A stretch of DNA of 37,530 nt from Octopus bimaculoides (taxonomy: Eukaryota): positions 18,560,167 to 18,597,696 of the forward strand of contig NC_068986.1 in the NCBI RefSeq assembly GCF_001194135.2. Direction: 5' to 3'. The notes beneath the pieces were generated by a model. The model did not search any database, had not been told where the DNA came from, and worked only from the letters and a program-made list of their open reading frames with translations. Below, one piece after another: positions 12,849 to 23,179 of this stretch (position 1 is the stretch's first letter; every line of letters begins with the position of its first letter). The translations under genes were made by a program, and so were the position numbers.

Positions 12849-13231
12849 CAGTGATTTCCAAGGAGGCAGATACCCTGCCCACACGTGGTATCTGAGAAAA
12901 TTGTAGTGGGGCGTGGGATTCAATTTTTCTTTGGTTTGCAGTGGGAGATGGAATTGTGATCTTTTTTTTTCTTTCACCGCAAATAAGCTAAGCTCAACCA
13001 CACCTAAGCTCAACCAAAAGGAAACTGTCCTTCCAAGCAAACTGTTTAAAGACTGTTTGCCAGAGTATAGAGCTATTCTAATGCGCTAGTGTGGATACTT
13101 CTTTAAGCAAAATATATAATTAAGAGATGTCGATAAATTACTATTTTATTTTCCGTATGCCACTGGTGGGGGCATGCATTTTTCTGGAACATTATAGTAA
13201 GTCCTGGTGGATAATAGGTTGGGAAACAATG
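12849..13231 (+). mobile_element. hAT-type MITE, degenerate
   Basis: Imperfect TIRs CAGTGATTTCCAA and rc CATTGTTTCCCAA (10/13), like CAGTGGTTCCCAA-type hAT ends; GC-rich subterminal segments; no intact 8-bp TSD. Confidence 0.5.
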
Positions 13232-13339
13232 CTGACAGCATCTCTGACGTATATTTCATTTTAGTCCTGATGTAAACAATGACGAGTGCCATATCGTGTA
13301 CCAGTGATGCAAGTAGAATGTAACGAGGCGATTAAAAGC

Positions 13340-13398
13340 TGCTGCTACTGCTACGACGCCTCGTCCTCCTCCTCGTCCTCCTCCTCCTCCTCCTCCTC

Positions 13399-13437
<39 letters not shown>

Positions 13438-13458
13438 ATAATAATAATAATAATGATG

Positions 13459-13532
<74 letters not shown>
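13340..13532. repeat. Compound (CCT)n(CTA)n(TAA)n microsatellite
   Basis: Directly visible. Confidence 0.95.
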
Positions 13533-13533
<1 letters not shown>

Positions 13534-13939
13534 CCAACATTTTGCTAATCAATTATTTATGATCATCCGAACGTTGTTTTACAAAGATGTCCTCAGACCT
13601 CAGTAGGTTTTGACCTCTTGGGTATTTGAACACGTTACATTTATGATTCGGTTAAGCGACATCTCTTTGATAACTTTTGTCATTAAGGCATAACTCCCGA
13701 TATCATCCTGTATTCTGCATTGAGGTATTGTGAAATGTACCTGTTTTTAAGCTTCCTTGAAATTTAATTAGCTAATTACAACCAATAATCACTGGGAGAG
13801 CATGTGGTCTGTTCAGAGCATGTTGTCTGTCATCATGTTTCAGATTCATTAAATTCCTTAATGTTTCAGTGCAACTGATACAATTAACTTTTATGTTCAT
13901 GCGTATTTGCATCATTAAAATACTCGTATTTCTATCTGT

Positions 13940-14143
13940 GCCTAGTCATTAGAACGTTGGAAAACATGCTTAACAATATTTCGCCTGTCGCTACGATCTG
14001 AGATCAAATTCTGTCGAGGTTGACTTTGACTTTCATTTTTTCGCAGTCGATAAATTACGTACAAATTGCATACCGGGGTCGCTCTAATCGACTGGCCCCT
14101 CACTTAAAATTTCAGGCCTTGCACCTATGTTCGAAAGGATTAT
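13940..14143 (+). mobile_element. tRNA-derived SINE, tail type 1, diverged
   Basis: GAGATCAAATTCTGTCGAGGTTGACTTTGACTTTCAT...GTCGATAAATTACGTAC...TTTCAGGCCTTGCACCTATG is collinear with the SINEs at 12151 and 20901. Confidence 0.8.
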
Positions 14144-15386
14144 TTATCTACATGGACCTGTATTACATAATATCTTAATCAAGATTTACAGCCAGTTATT
14201 TTGACATAACCTGTCTTCTTTCGTCTCTTTCTCAAACTGGTTCGAGGAATGGTCGCTTCTATTCTCACGTTCCTCATTTATCCTCTACGATAGGAGGAAG
14301 TAGGAAGGGTTGAGTGGGGTTGTAATTTTGACGGTTCGATCGCGCCCGCAGAGCAAACTTGCGTTAACCCTCTTATAGCATCTTCGACAAATGACAAATG
14401 ATTTCTGCCTTCAGGTTTATTAAAAGCACTGCTAAACGTGAGCATGTGTCGTCATTTCAAAACGCTGATACATCATCCTTATATGCCAGCATGCGTAACT
14501 CGATATTTTACAAAGCTCTGAGGCGAAGGTCATATTTCTTCCTAATTTTCTCATTAAAATTCTAGCATTTCTTTCATGGCTTCCTAAGACGTTCTAAATG
14601 TTGTAGGTGATTCTGCCGCATAAACAAACGTTAGCATCAAGCTCTTTCTAGTCTGTTGTCAATTGTCATATTGGATGTCTTTTGTTTTTTTTATTTTCTT
14701 TGTTCTTTTTTTACTTTTTTTTTTGGCGGCTCAAAGTGTATTTCTGAACTTAGCACTCGGTTGCAGTTAAAGTGCTGTTTATGCTATTATTCCCCATTAT
14801 CCCCCTTTTTCTGCTATTCTTTTTACAATTAGTCTTTTGCTTCAGCCCTGAGTGCTCTTGATGATGTTTTTTTTTTCTTTTTTGATCACATTAATCTTCA
14901 CTGTAACACTTTGATTTTGATAATTTTTAAATTGTTATTCCTTTTGCTGAGATAGTTCCTCCTGTGATTGTAGCTAAATGTGTCATTCTATCAATCCATT
15001 TACTCTACACTGTTGCAGATGCTTGCGTTGTTAACCAGCAAACGTGGTAGACAACGTTTGCAAATTTAGTGAACGAGAAGCTGTGAAAACAATCTTCTTC
15101 CTTCGTTAAAATACGTTTTATTAAAACACCGCCTCTATTGAACAACGAATGTGTCACCACATTTACATTAGAGACATCCGCTCCCATATTATAATTTTCT
15201 TTCAAACATTATAGATTCAGGCATATGAAAACTAAGCATTTGTTGGTTCCTTTACCGTGGTGTGATATCACTCGATAAAGTAGTACAATCATTCTCCATA
15301 GCAAATCGCTAACAAGACAAACACACAGCTATTTTGCAATTACAGAAAAAAAAACAGATACACGTCATAATATGAATAACACCACA

Positions 15387-15488
15387 GAAGAAGAAGAAGA
15401 AGAAGAAGAAGAAGAAGAAGAAGAAGAAGAAGAAGAAGAAGAAGAAGAAGAAGAAGAAGAAGAAGAAGAAGAAGAAGAAGAAGAAGAA
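15387..15488. repeat. Perfect (GAA)34 microsatellite
   Basis: Directly visible; explains the poly-Glu and poly-Phe ORFs. Confidence 0.97.
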
Positions 15489-16741
15489 AAGGAATTCAAG
15501 AGAGAAGAGAGCGATAATATTTATCTCGTGGTAATTGAAAATGATGCAATCTCTATTATACGCATTGGGAATGATAAGAAGCGAAAAGTAAAACAATAAT
15601 AAAGAGACTCTGAGAAATATATATAAAAATAAAGTGAAAAAGAAAATAAAGAAAAGTAATTTCCACCTTAAGGTTTTACACGTTGGAAATTTACGAAGAA
15701 AATCTCACGAAAAAAATGTGGGAAAAAAGTAAATATTTGGAAGAGATATGAAAAGATACTGACCCATGCTGAAGTTTTACGGAGTATAAATAACTTTTAT
15801 AAAATGCTAAGAAGTAAATGAAGATTACTTTTCGTTTCTTTTTTTTCTGTCAGAAAATAATGAGGTATATAGCGGTATCTAAGCAATGCTCAGCAGCGTT
15901 GTATATCTCAGTTCAGACTTAGATATTTGTTACATTGTATGCAGGTATTATTTGCTCACATAAACAATAGTTCACAGAAGATTCTCCTAAGAAATAAGGA
16001 AACCTGACGTCATAGTTTTATGCAACGTAAAAGAAATAAAAGAGAGTGAGAGAGAGAGAAAAAAAATGCCGATGTTTTATACAAATACTATAAAGCAAAG
16101 TTTCGCGTTTCTGGAGTCACAATGTCCACTGTATTCTATATGGAATCAGAAAATCAAAGCTTCTCATCATCATAGCAATCATTTCTTTAATGTTATGTTG
16201 ATATTTACTTTGCTTTTATTTTTTGTATGCCTACATGTAACTATCTCCTTTCTTATTCTTGTCTAGCATCAGAGACTGAATAGTACTACCATTGTATTTA
16301 CTTAACAACAGTATGTAAAGGAGATCGCATACAAACAAATACAAGAGAGATAGGTGATATAGCAGTTTCTAAAGGATTTTGCATTATAAAATGGCGTATT
16401 TCATTTTCCAGTTATATTAAATGCATTTCAAACACATTCCTTACATTATTTATTTATATACTTCGTGTGCATGTAGGTGTGTTTATTTCTGTGCACAACT
16501 CTTCTGCCTGTCTTTCTTTTCTTCCATTTGAAATCCCTTCTCGATGTACTCTCCTTAATAAGCATTCACAGGAGAAAGCAGAAGAGAATTTGAAATATAA
16601 TAGAATGTAGAGAAACAGAGACATAACTTTCACTGTGATTCTTTGAGTCTTATAGATATGCGTGCGGGTGCCTGTGCGTGTGTGTACATATACTCGTATC
16701 TATCTGTGTGTGTATGAACCTATGTATTTAAGTATGTATGT

Positions 16742-16806
<65 letters not shown>

Positions 16807-17319
16807 NNNNNNNNNNNNNNNNNNNNNNNNNNNNNNNNNNNNNNNNNNNNNNNNNNNNNNNNNNNNNNNNNNNNNNNNNNNNNNNNNNNNNNNNNNNNNN
16901 NNNNNNNNNNNNNNNNNNNNNNNNNNNNNNNNNNNNNNNNNNNNNNNNNNNNNNNNNNNNNNNNNNNNNNNNNNNNNNNNNNNNNNNNNNNNNNNNNNNN
17001 NNNNNNNNNNNNNNNNNNNNNNNNNNNNNNNNNNNNNNNNNNNNNNNNNNNNNNNNNNNNNNNNNNNNNNNNNNNNNNNNNNNNNNNNNNNNNNNNNNNN
17101 NNNNNNNNNNNNNNNNNNNNNNNNNNNNNNNNNNNNNNNNNNNNNNNNNNNNNNNNNNNNNNNNNNNNNNNNNNNNNNNNNNNNNNNNNNNNNNNNNNNN
17201 NNNNNNNNNNNNNNNNNNNNNNNNNNNNNNNNNNNNNNNNNNNNNNNNNNNNNNNNNNNNNNNNNNNNNNNNNNNNNNNNNNNNNNNNNNNNNNNNNNNN
17301 NNNNNNNNNNNNNNNNNNN

Positions 17320-17352
<33 letters not shown>

Positions 17353-18124
17353 ATGTGTCTGTGCATATATATATATAAATCTATATAGATATCTACGTGC
17401 ACAATCTTATACATACACATATATGCATCACATACATGTTGTTATGCATATGAGAGAGGGAGAAATTGACAGAAAGGCAGAGAGAAAGAGAAACACAGAG
17501 ACAGAGACAGAGAAAATGAAGGAGGGTAATGATTTTCTTTAAAAAACATTTTCTTCATATGAAGTATTTATAGAAGTGTCGAAAATATTGGGAACATATT
17601 TCAAAGTATAGCGAATGCAAGCGTGCATAACTAAATCTAACATTTGAAAAATAATTCCAAGGACGAACAATTTAGGACTTTAAATAAATAGAATAGCCTT
17701 CAAATAAATGAAATAAATTTAAAAGACACGATATATTTCATTATCTTTGAAACCAAAACCGATATTTCCTAGCAAACTTAACACAATTATCCTGTCAAAA
17801 TCCTTGAGCCATTCCTTTTTGCTTCTCATATATTTATATATCAGTGTTTGTTACACTTACGGAGACCTCTGAGAATACTATGAGAGATTTAGTATGGTAC
17901 AATCATACTAAAAATTTATCTCGCATCCTTAAAACAGTGAGAGCACCGCTATAAGAACGGAAAATGTCCAGTGATTTTGTCCAACTCGGCAATGCATGAA
18001 ATCTACAAATGTAAGAATCGAAGAAAGGATTTCCACTGCGAAAAGAAAAGAGTTCAAAATTTCCTTAAATTATCCTCACTGATGTTTATGAAACTCCGCA
18101 AATCTACTGACGCTGAATGACAAA

Positions 18125-18310
18125 AAGCCTGTGAGGGATTCAGGCGTTAGAGAGTATTCACAATGGTCATGAGATATTTTGTCTATCACTCTAATGAGTC
18201 TGTTTAAGTTTTTACTTCAAATCCCACTCGGGTCAGCTTCCATTTATATTTTATAGTTCTGATGGGACTCATATTAACCTATTACCTCCCTTAATTCTAT
18301 TAACTGGAAT
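18125..18310 (+). mobile_element. Possible highly degenerate SINE
   Basis: TTCAAATCCCACTCGGGTCAGCTTCC resembles the B box and start of the central domain. Confidence 0.3.
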
Positions 18311-18774
18311 TTTTCTAATGAAACTTTTGATTTCTAGCATAAAACATGCCTTAGAAACACGCTGGAAATTATTAAAATAACATTTCGAAATAGCATTTTA
18401 AATAGAAATAAGCGAGATATTGGGTGAAAAATTAGCAAACCTCATTTGAATATCAGAGAAATATACCTAGTCGATATAGCAAAAACGTTAGATATGTGTA
18501 AATAGTGACAGATAATTACGAAATTTGTAACTTTTAAGTGATCTCATATGAGATGGGTAATGGGTTAATAATATTTTCTTCAAAAGAAACAGTCAGTGTG
18601 CCCGTCTTAAGTAAAGAGGACTAGCTCTAATAAAATGGACATCTCAAAGGATTAATGTGGCTAGCTGTATAGCGTCGCATAAAAGGAGAACTTGTGTTTC
18701 GTTATGTCATATGGTATTAGTTCCAATATTGCAGAATTTAAGGATTCCCCACATTAATCTGTGCTTCATGAAGT

Positions 18775-19160
18775 TATTGGCACTCCGTCGCTTACGACGA
18801 CGAGGGTTCCAGTTGATCCGATCAACGGAACAGCCTGCTCGTGAAATTAACGTGCAAGTGGCTGAGCACTCCACAGACACGTGTACCCTTAACGTAGTTC
18901 TCGGGGATATTCAGCGTGACACAGTGTGACAAAGCTGGCCCTTTGAAATACAGGCCCAACAGAAACAAGAAGTAAGAGTAAAAGAAAGTTGTGGTGAAAG
19001 AGTACAGCAGGGTTCGCCACCATCCCCTACCTGAGCCTCGTGGAGTTTTAGGTGTTTTCGCTCAATAAACACTCACGACGCCCGGTCTGGGAATCAAAAC
19101 CGCAGTCCTATGACCGCGTTTCCGCTGCCCTAACCACTGGGCCATTGCGCCTCCACGCAG
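18775..19160 (-). mobile_element. Full-length tRNA-derived SINE (~385 bp) with 8-bp TSD
   Basis: rc 5' GTGGAGGCGCAATGGCCCAGTGGTTAGGG (A box) and GGTTTTGATTCCC (mutated B box); CATGAAGT at 18767-18774 and 19161-19168. Confidence 0.9.
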
Positions 19161-19810
19161 CATGAAGTAAACGATGGTAATCTAATGAATTTAATCGATT
19201 AAATCAGTCCTGTTCATAATAGGAGTATTACCAAACTTGGAAAATATAAAATTCGTTTCCTTTTTTTGCGAGGAAAATTATTAAAAACAAATAATATTCA
19301 TACACATTTTTTTCTTAAATCTTCACGCCAACACAAATCCTTATCAGTGTCATTAATATATATTGAAAGCAAATATGTCTATTTTGCCTGCATGGGCGCT
19401 TCCATGCAAATGACGATTGTCCACACTGTTGAAAATTGTTGAATGATGCAAATATGGAACGAAATAGATCATTTAATACCTGTGTTTATGATGGGTTCCG
19501 CCGTTTCTCAAAAATACAAGCTGGATCGAAGATCTTATATGCAGTAAAGTATTTTTACACTTCAAATTTGTTTTGTCTTTCATGTATATAATTTCGATGA
19601 GAAAAACACTCTTCTGATGCGAATCGATAGAAAAGTAAATTTTATTGTTTTCCTGAAAATGTAAGATACGAGCACAGTTTACACACGTTGAATTGCAGAA
19701 TAAAATATATTACGGCTTTTAGTCGTGTCCTACTGTCCGTGCCTTGCAAGAGTACACACTACCTTTCAATACTCCAGGCTGTATAAGGTACGAGTAAAGT
19801 TATTTAATAA

Positions 19811-20450
19811 AAGGACCATATCTCAGATCATAACATTATAGAATTAACTATGTATGGTCCTAGACAACCCACTGACACCCACCCTACCAGGAGGACTCAA
19901 GAAATATCCAACCTGAATTTCCATAGGGCGGACTGGAAGTCAATTCGCAGAGAGATTCGAAATCAAAACTGGCATGACAACCTTTCTATACAAGACAATG
20001 ACCTCAAACTAAGTCATTTTATGTCAACCATACAAGACATATGCACCAAATACGTGCCATATAGAAAGACTAGCAAACATGCCAATAGAATTCCTAGAGA
20101 CAGGAAAATCCTTATGAGACACAGAACAAAGGTCTCAAACCAGTTAAATAGAGAACTGGAGGATAGGAAAAGGGCTAAATTAAAACTAACACTGTTAGAA
20201 ATAGAAAACAAGCTTAAACTCTCCCATGAAAAGGGGAGAGCAGAGGAGAAGAGAGCAGCAGAAAGCATAAAATCAAACCCCAAAACTTTCTATAGATTTG
20301 CAAAGGAGACTGCTACGGTACAGTATAAGATAGGACCCCTATTCCTGCCTAATGGCTCACTGACTGCAGATCCCACACGGATAAGTGAAGTGCTCAGTGC
20401 ACAATTCAAGAGTGTCTTCACTTCTCCTCTGAGTCACATGCAACCATATC
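19811..20450 (+). mobile_element. CR1-group LINE ORF2 internal fragment (end of APE endonuclease plus EN-RT linker)
   Basis: One stop-free frame: ISDHNIIEL (APE SDH motif), NFHRADW, IPRDRKILMR, IKSNPKTFYRFAK, IGPL, LSAQFKSVFT; no RT core and no 3' tail. Confidence 0.85.
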
Positions 20451-20705
20451 AGATGTTGTAAAATCGTGAGAATTAAATATTATTGAAAATAAAGAAATAA
20501 ATACACAATCTTCTTTTTTCAGTGTCACGCATCAGATTTCTTCCGATATTACGTTTAGGGTTCAAATCCGACCGACGGTCAACTTTGCTTTCCAGACGTT
20601 CGATGGTTATGAAATTAACTCCAGTTAAGACATACCCACTCAGAGAAATTTCAAGCCTCCTGACTTTAGTAGGAAGCATTATTATCATTATTATTATTAT
20701 TATTG

Positions 20706-20827
20706 TTCAGTAGTATTATTTTTATAACGTGCTTTCACTTCACTACCGAGCGCAGCTCTGTGCGCCTTGGGTATGCGCTGTGGTTTGCTGTGGTGCTCTT
20801 ATGCTTACTGTATTGAAAGTGTTTTGC

Positions 20828-20830
<3 letters not shown>
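20706..20830 (-). mobile_element. R4/Dong-type retrotransposon extreme 3' end (last 8 codons plus ~100-nt 3' UTR)
   Basis: TGTATTGAAAGTGTTTTGCGTA is identical to 21984-22005; rc reads RKTLSIQ*; TAA repeats on both sides. Confidence 0.85.

Positions 20831-20898
<68 letters not shown>
20831..20898. repeat. (TTA)n microsatellite
   Basis: Directly visible. Confidence 0.97.
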
Positions 20899-20900
20899 TC

Positions 20901-21082
20901 AGGCAGTGAGCTGGCAGAATCATTAGCACTCCGGGTGAAATGCTTAATTCTGCCGAGGTCGACATTGCTTTTCATCTTTCGGGGTTGATAGATTAAGTAC
21001 CAGTTGCGTACTGATTCCTATCTAATCGATTGCCCCCTCCCCCAAAATTTCAGGCCTTGTGCTTATAGTAAAAATATTATTA
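20901..21082 (+). mobile_element. tRNA-derived SINE, tail type 1, with an internal deletion removing the B box
   Basis: AGGCAGTGAGCTGGCAGAATCATTAGCACTCCGGGTGAAATGCTTA runs directly into ATTCTGCCGAGGTCGACATTGCTTTTCATC. Confidence 0.85.
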
Positions 21083-21548
21083 CTTCTGTTTCCAGGACTT
21101 TGCATTTTGATAGTTTCTCCATTTTATTTAGAGAAACGTAGTGATTTGTTGGCCTCAATACATCGATTAGAAAGCAGTTTTTTCTTGATGATCTCTGACA
21201 ACAATATCCAGCTTATTGACATTAATTATGTGGGTATTGGCATATCCCATATTATGGCTGCTTTCTCATTTTCTCTAACCTTTTTCTGGTGTGTGCCTAT
21301 ACTATCTTTTTTCTGTTGTTATTCCATAGTGTTGGGATAGATTCCAGTATATATAGATTCCAACTCTGTCGTGTCTGTGAATATATTCCTTCTTAGCCAG
21401 GACGGAGCAGCCAGAGACAATATGGTTGATCGCCCCTTGTTCATATCCACATATTCTGCAGTTACTTGTTATATTTCTTTTCATTTTATGTCTTTCGTAA
21501 TTTCGGTGGGGAAGCTTTGCTCTTGTGCTTCAATTAAAAATGCACCTC
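21083..21548 (-). mobile_element. R4/Dong-type non-LTR fragment (CCHC knuckle plus start of RLE), degenerate
   Basis: CRICGYEQGAINHIVSGCSVLAKKEYIHRHDRVG, then WDMPI and DIVVRDH with stops and frameshifts. Confidence 0.9.
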
Positions 21549-21983
21549 NNNNNNNNNNNNNNNNNNNNNNNNNNNNNNNNNNNNNNNNNNNNNNNNNNNN
21601 NNNNNNNNNNNNNNNNNNNNNNNNNNNNNNNNNNNNNNNNNNNNNNNNNNNNNNNNNNNNNNNNNNNNNNNNNNNNNNNNNNNNNNNNNNNNNNNNNNNN
21701 NNNNNNNNNNNNNNNNNNNNNNNNNNNNNNNNNNNNNNNNNNNNNNNNNNNNNNNNNNNNNNNNNNNNNNNNNNNNNNNNNNNNNNNNNNNNNNNNNNNN
21801 NNNNNNNNNNNNNNNNNNNNNNNNNNNNNNNNNNNNNNNNNNNNNNNNNNNNNNNNNNNNNNNNNNNNNNNNNNNNNNNNNNNNNNNNNNNNNNNNNNNN
21901 NNNNNNNNNNNNNNNNNNNNNNNNNNNNNNNNNNNNNNNNNNNNNNNNNNNNNNNNNNNNNNNNNNNNNNNNNNNNNNNNNNN

Positions 21984-22312
21984 TGTATTGAAAGTGTTTT
22001 GCGTAAGATGTGTGCAGTGCCCAGTAGTGCAATTTTCTGTATGTTATATATATTTGTAAGTCCTGGTATTTTTGTTATGTATTTGTCTGAATATTTTTTT
22101 ATTATACCTAATGCACCTACTATGATAGGAATTGTTTCTGTTTTTAGATTCCACATTCGAGTTATCTCTATTTCCAGGTCTTTGTATTTTGAAAGTTTTT
22201 CCATTTCTTTTAGAGAAACGTTGTCATCTGCTGGTATTGATACATCAATTAGAAGGCATTTTTTTCTTCATGATCTTTGACAACTATATCTGGTCTATTT
22301 GCCTTAATTTCT
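21984..22312 (-). mobile_element. R4/Dong-type non-LTR fragment (restriction-like endonuclease C-terminus), 5'-truncated
   Basis: EIKANRPDIVVKDHEEK/CLLIDVSIPADDNVSLKEMEKLSKYKDLEIEITRMWNLKTETIPIIVGALG...IQKIALLGTAHILRKTLSI (PD..D..K motif); the 5' end abuts (TAA)n. Confidence 0.92.
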
Positions 22313-22313
22313 C

Positions 22314-22375
<62 letters not shown>
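22313..22375. repeat. (TTA)n microsatellite
   Basis: Directly visible. Confidence 0.97.
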
Positions 22376-22913
22376 GAGTGAGCGAGCAGCGCAGACAATC
22401 AAAGTGAAACCGGGGTACATATATGCGAAGCTCGGTACACCCATCATAATTAATCGCCTGATAAGAGTACACCAGGCACATGCATCACAGATATGTGTGC
22501 GAAATGGTGATTTCATATCAAGATAAACAGCACATTATCTTGCAGGTGGGGCCCACTTAGAATTTTCTTCAGGTCCAGTAGACCATCCCACTCAAATTGT
22601 CATTGAATAAGTTTTGTTTATGGATGCTGAAGGAAACATTCATGTTTACAGTGGTCAATTATTCAAACTTCAGAGAATTCCTCTCAACACATGACTATGA
22701 AGCTCCCCCCCCCACTACATATGCTCGTGATCAGAGATGCACATATGCTCAAGTGGTAAAGGCCAACAACTGACAAGCAAACCTCTGGTACTGAGCAGTA
22801 TATTTGCTGTAGCCCATCTTTTATACGAAGCCAAAACAAAGTATTTGATAAAACTTCCAATCAGTTAAGATCGGAGGTCATACGATCCAGTGCTTGGTAC
22901 TTCAGCAGGGCAG
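22376..22913. mobile_element. ~540-bp non-coding dispersed element lying between TAA repeats
   Basis: Complex sequence sharply bounded by TTA repeats on both sides; no TIRs, no clear tRNA boxes, no recognisable ORF; recalled as an abundant octopus repeat. Confidence 0.6.
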
Positions 22914-22944
22914 TATTATTACTATTATTATTCTTGTTGTTGTT

Positions 22945-22998
<54 letters not shown>
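22914..22998. repeat. Compound (TAT)n(TGT)n(ATC)n microsatellite
   Basis: Directly visible. Confidence 0.9.
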
Positions 22999-23001
<3 letters not shown>

Positions 23002-23179
23002 CCGAGTGTCTTCCTCACATCTAGGGTAGCGAAACGTATTGTATTCATTGGTAGGCCATTAAAATAAGCACACAATAATGTTCATTTACAGAGTCATTTG
23101 ATAAAGAAAAAGGGAAAGACCGAGAGAAAAAGGAAAAAAAAAATTAAAATTGTAAAGTAAACAAATAAAATAAATGGGC

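Noticed and set aside
14413-14565. Strong acceptor TTCTGCCTTCAG followed by ~50 open codons
   Set aside because: No convincing matching donor or homology; within chance expectation.
18775-19160. tRNA gene at SINE heads (also 9733, 12732, 35628)
   Set aside because: Only A/B-box remnants followed by SINE bodies; no complete cloverleaf.
22998-23055. CTACC...GGTAGC-GAAAC...GTA resembling half a hammerhead ribozyme
   Set aside because: CUGANGA and the 5' arm of stem I are absent; an (ATC)n tract occupies that position.
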